Shown in pieces: positions 35,157-46,917 of a stretch of DNA of 64,000 bases. Numbering within the stretch: position 1 is the first letter of the stretch; each line of letters opens with the position of its first letter. The translations under genes were made by a program, and so were the position numbers. Under the pieces are notes generated by a model. The model made no database searches. It was not told where the DNA came from and saw only the letters and a list, made by a program, of their open reading frames with translations. This DNA is from Myxococcales bacterium (GTDB lineage: Bacteria; Myxococcota_A; UBA9042): the NCBI GenBank assembly GCA_023954815.1, contig JAGSHB010000003.1, forward strand, positions 8,998-72,997, given 5' to 3'.

Positions 35157-36869
35157 CTAGGGAGCCTTGCAGACGTCGTTGGCAGTCGAAGGCGTACCCT
35201 TCATCGTGCTGGTGCCGTAACCCTTCGTCGAGGCGCACCAGTTCTTGCCGTCAGCCGCGCCCGCTGCGGTGAGCTTGTCGCTCGACAGCTGCCAGGCCAC
35301 ACCCAACTTCACCCACGACTTTTCGTACTTCACCGTCGCGACCTTCACAGCGCCTGCCATGATGGCGAGGTCACCGCCGGAGTTCGACATGTAGATTTTA
35401 GTCTGCAGGGCGTCGAACGTCGCGCCATGGTTCTTCGTCTTGTCGTTGGTGCGACCGATGGAGAAGTAGGCGCCAGCAGCCAGCTTGATGCCTTTGCCGT
35501 CGTTGTCGAGCTTGGCGTTGTTCTTGCCCTTGTACACCAACGATACGCCTTCAATGTTCAGCTCTTTGCCCGACGCGTTGTAGATCTCGACCCACTCGCC
35601 GTTGTCAGTACCACCCTGAGTGCGCGGCATGATCTCAGTGAAGATCAGGTCGCCCTCTTTCAGTTTTGGGGCTTCCTTTTTGCAGTCTTTCGAGCAGCCG
35701 TCGTCGCTGTCCTTGTTGCCGTCGTCGCACTCTTCGTCGCCGGTCTTCTTGCCGTCGCCGCAGACAGGCGGCGGGCAGGCGTCGCCGATGCCGTCGTTGT
35801 TACCGTCCTTCTGATCGGCGTTAGGCACTTTGGGGCAGTTGTCGCAGGCATTGCCCACGCCGTCCTTGTCCTCGTCGTACTGGGTGCTGTTGGCGTCCTT
35901 GGTGCAGTTGTCAGACATGTCCACCGTGCCGTCCTTGTCCATGTCAGGCTGGCACTTGGGGTTGGCCTTGCCGGGCGAGCCAGCGTTGCTCTTGCCGTAC
36001 AAGTCCTGCGCGACACACCAGTTGTTGCCGTTGTCGTTGATCTCCGTGCTGGTGGCGGCGCTACCGAGCTGGGCGGCCTTGCCACTGACGATGTAGGGCC
36101 AGCCCTTGTCACCACCGGAAGCGTAGTTCACCTCGTCGATGACCGTGTTGGTGTCGGCGCGGAGGACGATTTTGCCCGAGCTGTTGCCCAAGGCGATCTT
36201 CGAACCATAGGCGTAGGTGACGCTGAGTCCGTCGTTCTTGGTCTTGTCGTCTTTCTTGGCGAAAACCGCGTATTCCCCGGCTTTCAGCACCGTTGGGCCG
36301 GAGCCGACGACGGTGTGCGAGTTCTTGTACTGGTCCTCGATGATCAGACCGTTGAGGTTGATGTCCATGGTCGTGGTGTTGACCACTTCGAACCACTCGG
36401 CGTCCGAGTCGCTGACCACGGCTGGGTTCGCCATGAGCTCAGTGATGAGCAGTTCGCCCTTCTTGAGCGCAGTGGCCGGGGTCAGGTTGTCGCCACCCGC
36501 GTCGGTCGCACCTGCATCGGATGAGCTTGCGTCGGTCGCGGCAGCATCTCCACCGGTCGCAGCGTCCCCACCGGTCGCGGCATCGCCGGTCGTGCCCGCG
36601 TCAGTCGCCGTTCCACCGTCGGACTCTGTGCCTGCGTCGGTCACGGTGCCCGCGTCGGACGCCGTTCCTGCGTCGGACTCCGTTCCTGCGTCGGTCTCCG
36701 TGCCGGCGTCCGTACCGCCGCTATCTGCCGTCGTGCCGTCAGCAGCTGTGCCGTCTTCGGTCGTCGAGCCGCTGTCCGTAGCAGGGGTCTTGTTGTCGTC
36801 ATCACTGCCGCACGCAACCGCGAACGAAGCGAGGCCGATAAGGGCCATGCGAATCCAGATGTTGTTCAT
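35157..36869 (-). CDS. Secreted lipoprotein with two lamin-tail domains (LTD), thrombospondin type-3 Ca-binding repeats and a CGDG...EECDDGN Cys repeat
   Basis: Lipobox LASFAVACG. LTD-like blocks LLITELMANP...EWFEVVN and LIFTEIMPRTQGG...EWVEIYN. TSP3-like DKDGVGNACDNCP and DQKDGNNDGIGDAC. Repeat CGDGKKTGDEECDDGN. Confidence 0.7.
   Translation of the reverse strand: MNNIWIRMALIGLASFAVACGSDDDNKTPATDSGSTTEDGTAADGTTADSGGTDAGTETDAGTESDAGTASDAGTVTDAGTESDGGTATDAGTTGDAATGGDAATGGDAAATDASSSDAGATDAGGDNLTPATALKKGELLITELMANPAVVSDSDAEWFEVVNTTTMDINLNGLIIEDQYKNSHTVVGSGPTVLKAGEYAVFAKKDDKTKNDGLSVTYAYGSKIALGNSSGKIVLRADTNTVIDEVNYASGGDKGWPYIVSGKAAQLGSAATSTEINDNGNNWCVAQDLYGKSNAGSPGKANPKCQPDMDKDGTVDMSDNCTKDANSTQYDEDKDGVGNACDNCPKVPNADQKDGNNDGIGDACPPPVCGDGKKTGDEECDDGNKDSDDGCSKDCKKEAPKLKEGDLIFTEIMPRTQGGTDNGEWVEIYNASGKELNIEGVSLVYKGKNNAKLDNDGKGIKLAAGAYFSIGRTNDKTKNHGATFDALQTKIYMSNSGGDLAIMAGAVKVATVKYEKSWVKLGVAWQLSSDKLTAAGAADGKNWCASTKGYGTSTMKGTPSTANDVCKAP
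36509..36740 (-). repeat. Degenerate ~18-bp in-frame tandem repeat encoding (T/S)DAGT(E/A/V) units in the LTD protein linker
   Basis: Translates to TDAGTETDAGTESDAGTASDAGTVTDAGTESDGGTATDAGTTGDAATGGDAATGG. Confidence 0.6.
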
Positions 36870-37081
36870 CCTCAGTCTCCTGTCCCCGCGAACAACGTGT
36901 TCCCGGATCTCTGCGATTGCTGCGCAGTCTCTATTGCTCGCACCCGATTGGCGCGCTAGCAGCCTACCTATCTCCGCCCCAAACTAGCGATAGGGGTTGG
37001 GTTTGCCACCAGATTGTTTCCGACTCGGCCTATTTGCGCTTCTGGCCGGCAACAGTCAAGCGGATCGTTGCCTTTGGGCGT

Positions 37082-39970
<2,889 letters not shown>

Positions 39971-40288
39971 TCTGAAATCTCAACTGCTTGAGGCGCCCGG
40001 GGCGGCGGAAATCGACGCGCGGGGAGACAAGCGGGTGCGGAAATGTAGGAGGCATCCGGGGGGCTGTCCACCTGCGGATTGCCGGTTCGGTGAATCAGTC
40101 GGGTGAGATAGCTGTGACGCAGCAGGTGGCGCCGGTTCCGAAGACAACGCAGCGCCCGTCCTGGGTCGGCGCCACTGCGCAATTGATCGGCCGTCGAGGC
40201 AGCTCACCTGCCGGCTCGCCGTGACGACAGCGACCAACCTGCGTAGGGTGGCGCGCGTGCGCCACGATTGGCCGATCCGGAGTACCCC

Positions 40289-41035
40289 ATGACCGATGGA
40301 ATTCGCCTCAACAAACGCATGGCTCAGCTGGGGCTGTGCTCTCGTCGTGAGGCCGATCGCTACATCTCCGCCGGGCAGGTGCGCGTCGACGGTGAGGTGG
40401 TGACGGAGCTCGGCACTCGGGTCGGCCCGGATGCGCTCGTCAGCCTCGGCGAAGCTGCGGCGGCCGCTCAAGCGTTGAAGGCGACGGTGCTTTTACATAA
40501 GCCGCCGGGCTTTGTCAGCGGTCAGCCAGAGGATGGCTATACCGCAGCGGTGGAGCTGGTTCGCCCGGAAAATCAAGACAATCGCGCGCCGTGGCGGCCG
40601 TGGGGTAGGGAGCGCCCACCCATGGGATGGCGGCGGGAACTCGCCCCGGCAGGTCGGCTCGACATCGACTCCAGTGGCCTGTTAGTGCTCACCGCAGACG
40701 GCGTGGTGGCGCGCACGCTCATCGGCCCGGAGCGCGGCGTCGACAAGGAGTACGTTGTTGGCATCGTGGGTCGCGTGGACGATCGCGTGTTGGAGCTGTT
40801 GCGCCATGGTCTGGAGCTCGACGGCGAGGCGCTACTCCCCGCTCAGATCGAGCATATTGCGCCGACCAAGCTGAAATTCGTGTTGCGGCAGGGCAAGAAA
40901 CGCCAGATCCGGCGGATGTGTGAGCTCGTTGGGCTGCGTGTACACAGCCTGCTGCGTGTTCGTATCGGCAACATCCGCCTGAGCGACCTGCCGCGTGGCC
41001 AGTTTCGATTTCTACGCCCGGACGAGCGGTTCTAG
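40289..41035 (+). CDS. Pseudouridine synthase (RluB/RsuA family) with S4 domain
   Basis: S4 region RLNKRMAQLGLCSRREADRYISAG. Catalytic GRLDIDSSGLLVL. Confidence 0.8.
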   Translation: MTDGIRLNKRMAQLGLCSRREADRYISAGQVRVDGEVVTELGTRVGPDALVSLGEAAAAAQALKATVLLHKPPGFVSGQPEDGYTAAVELVRPENQDNRAPWRPWGRERPPMGWRRELAPAGRLDIDSSGLLVLTADGVVARTLIGPERGVDKEYVVGIVGRVDDRVLELLRHGLELDGEALLPAQIEHIAPTKLKFVLRQGKKRQIRRMCELVGLRVHSLLRVRIGNIRLSDLPRGQFRFLRPDERF

Positions 41036-41148
41036 CGATGCTGGCACGTACCCCTGCGATTCTGCCACCCTGACAGGACCCGGCACGCTGCGCTATCCTG
41101 CAGCGGTTCGCCCCGTTGCAGACGTCCTGCCCCCAAGGAGCTCCGCCC

Positions 41149-44100
41149 ATGTGGATTCGTCCCCATCTCTCTCCGGACCGCCCCGCCGTTTGGCATGCCC
41201 TGCTGCTGACCTGTCTGATGGCCAGCCTGAGCGCATGCGGCGTCGATGGTCCGGGTGAGCCTGACACCAAGGTCGCCCCTGCAGACACCGGGAGTGAATC
41301 CGACGGGGGCGAGGACGCATCGACAGACGATGCCACTGAGGACGCGACGGAAGACGCGGGAGCAGACACAGGAGCAGCAGACGCGGGCAGCGATACGAGC
41401 GCGCCCGACACAACGGACGCCGGGGGCTCCATCTGCGCCCCGAATGGACACCACTGTGATGGCAAGAAGATCTTGGAGTGCAAGGCAGATGGCACCCCAG
41501 GCGAGCTGTACAAAACCTGCGGCGACAAAGAGGTCTGTGCGCCTCTGACATCCGACAAGGACCTGCGCAATTGTTTCGCCAAGGCGTGCGACCTGGGCCA
41601 GTCCGTGTGCAGCGGAAAGACGGTGAAAGCGTGCAATAAGTGGGGAACCAACTTCATCGTCGAGGACTGCAAAGGGTTCCTGTGCGAGGCAGGCAAGTGC
41701 TCCGATAGCCTCAAGTGCAAGGCCAATGCCCAGCGCTGCGAGGGCGACAAGCTCTACGTCTGCAACGCCGATGGGACAGAGGACAAGTTCGACAAGTCCT
41801 GCCCAGAGGCCAGCGCGTGTGTGCAGGACAGCAAGGCTGCCACGGCAAGCTGCGTCGAGAAGATCTGCGTCCCCAGCCAACCCACCTGCAAGGGCGAGGT
41901 CCTCACCAGCTGCAGCGGCGACGGCACGCAGCTCATCGACGGCGGGACCGATTGCACCAAGGCCAGCAAGTCCTGCTTGGTGGTCGATGGCATCGCAAAG
42001 TGCACAGAGCCCACCTGCGGCGACGGCAAGGTCAATGCGTCCGGTGGCGGCAAGACGGGCCAGCCCACCGAGCAGTGCGATCTCGGAAAAAACAACGGAA
42101 AACCAGGCTTTTTGTGCAGCAAGAGCTGTCAGAAACTGGACGATAGCTGCTTGACTGTAGCCGACTGCAAGGCCCTCAGTCTGCCGCCTTGTTCGTTGGG
42201 GTGGGGCTGCGTCGCGGGAAAATGCGCCGCTACGCCTTCGATCGCCGAGGTGTGTGATGACGACAACGCGTGCACCACGGAAGACAAGTGCGTCGATGGT
42301 AGTTGCGTCGGTCTGCCGGTCCAGTGCGATGACAACAACCCGTGTACGGCTGACAAGTGCGATCCCACGCTGAAGAAGCTCTGCGTCACGACCCTGCTGA
42401 CCAACGTACCCTGCGACGACAACAACCCCTGCACCGTCGGGGACAAGTGCCTCATCGGCAACTGCACGTCAGGCGGCACGACCTGTGAATGCAAGAAAGA
42501 TGCGGACTGCGCGGCGTTCGACGACGGCAACCCGTGCACCGGCACCCTGGCATGCGACAGCGGTAGTTGTGTCGTGCCGGAGATTACCATTCCAAGCTGC
42601 GGCCCCGGTATCTGCGTGGCAAAGGCCGCGAACGACAAGGCGTGCACCGAGGCGAAGGGCGTGTGGCATAAGGACAAGACGCAGTGCCTGATCCCGGCCA
42701 AGAGCGCTGCGAGTGCCACCAAAGTCGCGTGCGAATCTGCCGGCCACAACTGGCACTCCGCGGATGGTTGCCGAATCGCGGCTTGTGACTCGGCGCTGGG
42801 GCAATGCCTGCTGAAGAGTGTCTTCGATGGTACCGCTTGCGGTGACGGGGATGCCTGCACCGAAAACGACGTGTGTGCCGGCGGTAAATGCACCGGTGCC
42901 GCTGTGAATTGCGACGACGACAACGCCTGCACCGACGACAGCTGCAAGGAAAAAACGGGCTGCCAACACACCGCCAACACCTCGCCCTGCTCAGACGGAA
43001 ATAGCTGCACCGGCGGCGACGCCTGCAAAGACGGCGGATGCGTGGGCAAGAACATCTGCGCCTGCACGAAAAACAGCGATTGCGACAAGTACAATGGCAA
43101 GATCGGCGGCACTGGAGCAGACGCGGACAAGCCGAATAAGTGCACCGGAACGTGGATCTGCGATGGCACCAGCAAGACGTGCGAACTCGACCCCAAGACG
43201 GTGGTGCAATGCGATCCAAGCAAGGGCACGGCCTGCAAGCCGAACCAATGCGACCCAACCGACGGGGCCTGCAAAGTCGTCGATCTGCCGGACGGCGCGA
43301 CCTGTACCGATGGCAATGGTTGCACCCCCGATGAGGCCTGCGAAAAGGGCGCCTGCAAGGGCACGGTCAAGAGTTGCGATGACGGTAACCCGTGCACAGA
43401 CGACGTCTGCGATCCAAAACTTGGCTGTTTGTCTGCCAACAACAAGGCGCCCTGCGACGACGGCGACCCGTGCTCGAAAGACGACGCTTGTGGCGATGGC
43501 GCTTGTCAGCCTGGCAAGGACAACTGTGGCTGCAACTCGGACAAAGACTGCGCAACCATCGATGGCGCGAGCAAATGCCTCGGCGGGTACACCTGCGTGA
43601 CGGCGTCGGGCAAGTGCATGTGGGATCCGTCCAAGTCGACCTTGTGCGGCAAGGGGCTCTGCAGCAAACCCAGCGCAACGACCCAAGCCGACTGCACGAA
43701 ATTGAGCGGCACATGGACGGGCGACAGCGCCTGCGCACTGACGACCTGCGACGAAGCGACGGGCCAATGCAAACAAAAGATCAGCCCAGATGGGCTCGCA
43801 TGCTCTGATAATTCAGCCTGTACGCTCGGAGATACCTGCCAAAAAGGGGCCTGCACCGGCAAGCTCAATAGCTGCGATGACAAGGATGCGTGCACCGCCG
43901 ACAGCTGCGATCCGAAGGTGGCGGGCGGCTGTGTCGCCACGTCTTTGGGGGCGGGCGCCTGCGACGACGGCGACCTCTGCACGACCAAGAGCGTCTGCAA
44001 GGTAGGCAAGTGCGTCGGCACCGAGGACCTGGCCTGCAAAGATGACAACCCATGCACCAAGGACGCCTGCCAACCGGGCAAGGGCTGCGTATTTCCAGCG

Positions 44101-46806
44101 AGCCAGGACAAGTGCGACGACGGCGACAGCTGCACCATCGGCGATAAATGCGACGGCACGTTGGGCAAGTGCTCACCCGGCGCCCCAAAGAACTGCAAGG
44201 ACGCCAACGCCTGCACCATCGACAAGTGCGACGGTAAGACCGAAGAGGGCTGCGTCTACCTCTCCTCCAAGGCCACGTGTGATGACTCGGACCCATGCAC
44301 CGTCGGCGAGGCGTGCGACGTAGGGCTCTGCAAGTCCACCAAGGAAAAAGACTGCGACGACAAGGAGAGCTGCACGGTCGACTCCTGCGACGCCAAGGTG
44401 AAGGACGGCTGCGTCAACGCGGGCAAAGAAGACAAGTGCGATGACGGCAACGTCTGCACCGAAAAGGACAGCTGCATCGCGGCGAAGGGGGTGTGTTTTG
44501 GCCTCAACATCGACTGCGACGACGACAACCTCTGCACCGCTGACAGCTGCGACCCCCAAAAGGGCTGCCAGTACAAGCCGACCCAGGGAACGTGCGGCGA
44601 GTTTGCCAAGTGCGTCGATCCGGGGACGGGTGTCCCGGCATGCCAAATCACCGGCGTGAAGAAGGTGCTGTTTTCCGAGATCTACGTGGGCGATCCGTGC
44701 GATCCGTCGGACGATTTCGTCGAGCTGCACAATACCGCCGACAAGCCCATCGATCTGTTCGGGTTTGTGCTGCAGACACGCCCGGCAGGCAGCACCGATT
44801 TTAAAGATTGGGTGACCCACATCAGCTTCAAGAAGGGCCAATCCATCGGCGTTGGGCGGTACCTGCTGGTCGCGCGCTCCAAGGCGGTGCTCACCGGCAA
44901 TGCAGTGCCCGACGTCACCGGCGCCACGTTTGCGCTGGACCCGGACGGTCTGCAAATCAGGCTGTACGACAAGCCGCACACGCTCGCCCACGACGCTGTG
45001 GCATGGGGGGATGGCGCCAAGGGTGGCGAGGGCAAGCCGCTGTCTCCGTGGCCAGCGGCTCACAGCATGGAGCGGCGCGCCGCGACGACCGCGACCGCCA
45101 AGACCATGGCGCCGTGGGCTAAGGACTGGCTCGTGGGCAACAACGCTGATTCGGGTGACAACAGCGCTGATTTCGTCGAGCGAATCGTCCCAGAGCCGCA
45201 GACATCCGCGGTCTATGAACCGGCCTGCTCCGGCACATGCACCGGCGGCAAGTTCTGTGATTACAAGGGCAAGGGCGCCGACAGTTGCGTAGCGGACAAG
45301 ACCTGCAAGATCGGCTGTGGTCCCGGCCAAGCCTGTTCGCAGATCATCTCAGCCTGCGCGATCGACCTGCAAAACCGGCTGGTGCTGTCCGAGGTGCTGG
45401 TTCACAGCAAGGGGGCGCCCAAGGCGCAGTACCTCGAAATCTACAACGCCGGTGGCAAAGACGTTGATATTTCGGGCTTACAGCTGTTCGTGAAGGATAG
45501 CAAGGCGACTATCGGGAGTTCCTGGGGAGCCCCGGTGGCGCAGGTTCCGGCCCGCACGGTGATGCCGGCAAAACACTACTGGATCGTGGCGACGCCGAGC
45601 TGGGCCAAGAAGAACGGCAAGGTCGATCTGGTGGTGCCGACGCTCAATCTCGACAAGTTCGGCGGCACGGTGAAGCTGCTCGATCCGCGCACGGACGTGG
45701 AACTGGATCGCTTCGGCTGGGGCAAGTCGAGCAATCCGAGCGGTTCTCCTCTCTCGGTCTCCCAGGTGCCAGCTGACTTCCCGTTGGTGCGCAAGGCGAC
45801 GGCCAACTCCAACAGCCTCACCATGGCCAAGGGCGGCTCCGAAGAGCTCGGCGGCAACGGCTACGATTCGAATCAGGACAGCAGCGATTGGCTCATCTTG
45901 CTCAACCACACCGCTCACTCTCTCGGCAGCGGCGAATACGCTCCGGCGTGCGGCGGAAAGTGCGCGAGCGGCACCATCTGCAACTGGGTCAAGGGCGCGG
46001 AGAAGTGCGTCGATCCAACCTGCAACGGCGCGTGCAAAGCCGGTGCGGTGTGCAACATCAAGACGGGCAAGTGCGACTTGAAGGTGCTCATCAGCCAGGT
46101 CGCCGCGGTCGGCCCCAAGGTCAAGGACGTCATCAACTTCGAGACCAACAACGAGTTCGTCGAGCTGTATAACCCTGGCCACGTACCTGTGGATATCGGT
46201 GGATTGGTGCTGCGCTACCTCCCCTTGGGCGATGGGCCGCGCAACATCTCGCCCATCTTCCCGACCGGCAAGTGCCTCAATCCATCCAATCAGCCGTGTA
46301 AATCGTCGGATAAGGACTGCACATGCCAGGGCGAAGGGCTCAAGGGGTGCAAGGTCGACATTACGTGCAATACCCAGACCATCCCTGCGAAGGGGTACTT
46401 GCTGTTGGTGCCGCTGACCCACGATCCAAACCTGCCGAAGGAAGATCTGCTGCACACGACCCTGTGGCAGATGAATCCCAAGGCTGGCGCAGTGCAGCTC
46501 ATTCGTACGGATGGTTCGAAGTTCCCGGACAACACATCGATTGCGGACCAGATGTGCTGGGGCATCATGAATCAGTTTGGCTGCAAGATTACCCCAGATC
46601 AGCCAACGTTCGACGTGGCCAAGCCCAACTGTTCAGTCATGCGGCGGCCCAAGAAGTGCACCACGGCCAAGAAGATGAGCGATGCGAGCCATGCCCATCA
46701 CTACAGCGGCCATGGCTATACAACTGGCCTCTACCAAGGCGCGGATTGGGTCACGTACTGCCCCCGGACAGCCCGTAACTCGTCTTCGCCGATGCGCCAA
46801 CCGTAG
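41149..46806 (+). CDS. Giant (~1885 aa) secreted lipoprotein: ~40 Dictyostelium-type (CTDC-like) Cys-rich repeats followed by three lamin-tail domains
   Basis: RBS AAGGAG. Lipobox LLTCLMASLSACG. Repeats of the form CDDxNxCTxDxCDpxxGC. C-terminal LTD-like blocks VLFSEIYVGDP...FVELHN, VLSEVLVHSKG...YLEIYN and LISQVAAVGPK...FVELYN. Confidence 0.75.
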   Translation: MWIRPHLSPDRPAVWHALLLTCLMASLSACGVDGPGEPDTKVAPADTGSESDGGEDASTDDATEDATEDAGADTGAADAGSDTSAPDTTDAGGSICAPNGHHCDGKKILECKADGTPGELYKTCGDKEVCAPLTSDKDLRNCFAKACDLGQSVCSGKTVKACNKWGTNFIVEDCKGFLCEAGKCSDSLKCKANAQRCEGDKLYVCNADGTEDKFDKSCPEASACVQDSKAATASCVEKICVPSQPTCKGEVLTSCSGDGTQLIDGGTDCTKASKSCLVVDGIAKCTEPTCGDGKVNASGGGKTGQPTEQCDLGKNNGKPGFLCSKSCQKLDDSCLTVADCKALSLPPCSLGWGCVAGKCAATPSIAEVCDDDNACTTEDKCVDGSCVGLPVQCDDNNPCTADKCDPTLKKLCVTTLLTNVPCDDNNPCTVGDKCLIGNCTSGGTTCECKKDADCAAFDDGNPCTGTLACDSGSCVVPEITIPSCGPGICVAKAANDKACTEAKGVWHKDKTQCLIPAKSAASATKVACESAGHNWHSADGCRIAACDSALGQCLLKSVFDGTACGDGDACTENDVCAGGKCTGAAVNCDDDNACTDDSCKEKTGCQHTANTSPCSDGNSCTGGDACKDGGCVGKNICACTKNSDCDKYNGKIGGTGADADKPNKCTGTWICDGTSKTCELDPKTVVQCDPSKGTACKPNQCDPTDGACKVVDLPDGATCTDGNGCTPDEACEKGACKGTVKSCDDGNPCTDDVCDPKLGCLSANNKAPCDDGDPCSKDDACGDGACQPGKDNCGCNSDKDCATIDGASKCLGGYTCVTASGKCMWDPSKSTLCGKGLCSKPSATTQADCTKLSGTWTGDSACALTTCDEATGQCKQKISPDGLACSDNSACTLGDTCQKGACTGKLNSCDDKDACTADSCDPKVAGGCVATSLGAGACDDGDLCTTKSVCKVGKCVGTEDLACKDDNPCTKDACQPGKGCVFPASQDKCDDGDSCTIGDKCDGTLGKCSPGAPKNCKDANACTIDKCDGKTEEGCVYLSSKATCDDSDPCTVGEACDVGLCKSTKEKDCDDKESCTVDSCDAKVKDGCVNAGKEDKCDDGNVCTEKDSCIAAKGVCFGLNIDCDDDNLCTADSCDPQKGCQYKPTQGTCGEFAKCVDPGTGVPACQITGVKKVLFSEIYVGDPCDPSDDFVELHNTADKPIDLFGFVLQTRPAGSTDFKDWVTHISFKKGQSIGVGRYLLVARSKAVLTGNAVPDVTGATFALDPDGLQIRLYDKPHTLAHDAVAWGDGAKGGEGKPLSPWPAAHSMERRAATTATAKTMAPWAKDWLVGNNADSGDNSADFVERIVPEPQTSAVYEPACSGTCTGGKFCDYKGKGADSCVADKTCKIGCGPGQACSQIISACAIDLQNRLVLSEVLVHSKGAPKAQYLEIYNAGGKDVDISGLQLFVKDSKATIGSSWGAPVAQVPARTVMPAKHYWIVATPSWAKKNGKVDLVVPTLNLDKFGGTVKLLDPRTDVELDRFGWGKSSNPSGSPLSVSQVPADFPLVRKATANSNSLTMAKGGSEELGGNGYDSNQDSSDWLILLNHTAHSLGSGEYAPACGGKCASGTICNWVKGAEKCVDPTCNGACKAGAVCNIKTGKCDLKVLISQVAAVGPKVKDVINFETNNEFVELYNPGHVPVDIGGLVLRYLPLGDGPRNISPIFPTGKCLNPSNQPCKSSDKDCTCQGEGLKGCKVDITCNTQTIPAKGYLLLVPLTHDPNLPKEDLLHTTLWQMNPKAGAVQLIRTDGSKFPDNTSIADQMCWGIMNQFGCKITPDQPTFDVAKPNCSVMRRPKKCTTAKKMSDASHAHHYSGHGYTTGLYQGADWVTYCPRTARNSSSPMRQP

Positions 46807-46917
46807 CCCTTCGTAGCGCTCGATTGACGCTAATCCCCCGCACAATCGGGTTCATTGCGCTGTTTGGACGTTGACGCGGCGCGCGTAGGCGTGTAGCCCG
46901 GCGCTTGGAGGTCAGCG

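Noticed and set aside
35427-36987. 365-aa and 256-aa plus-strand ORFs antisense to, or overlapping, the LTD lipoprotein gene
   Set aside because: Low-complexity Val/Ala/Leu/Ser strings generated by the reverse complement of the Asp/Thr/Gly-rich repeat region. The minus-strand gene has clear domains.
42129-45330. Several long minus-strand ORFs (438, 385, 261, 239, 224 aa and others) and shorter plus-strand alternate-frame ORFs inside the giant Cys-repeat gene
   Set aside because: They lie entirely within the 41149..46806 gene, which has strong repeat structure and clear domain content on the plus strand. Their translations are low-complexity Ser/Pro/Ala/Arg strings with no signal peptides or motifs. 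Biased codon usage (G/C at third positions, few stop-complement codons) leaves the antisense frames open by chance.
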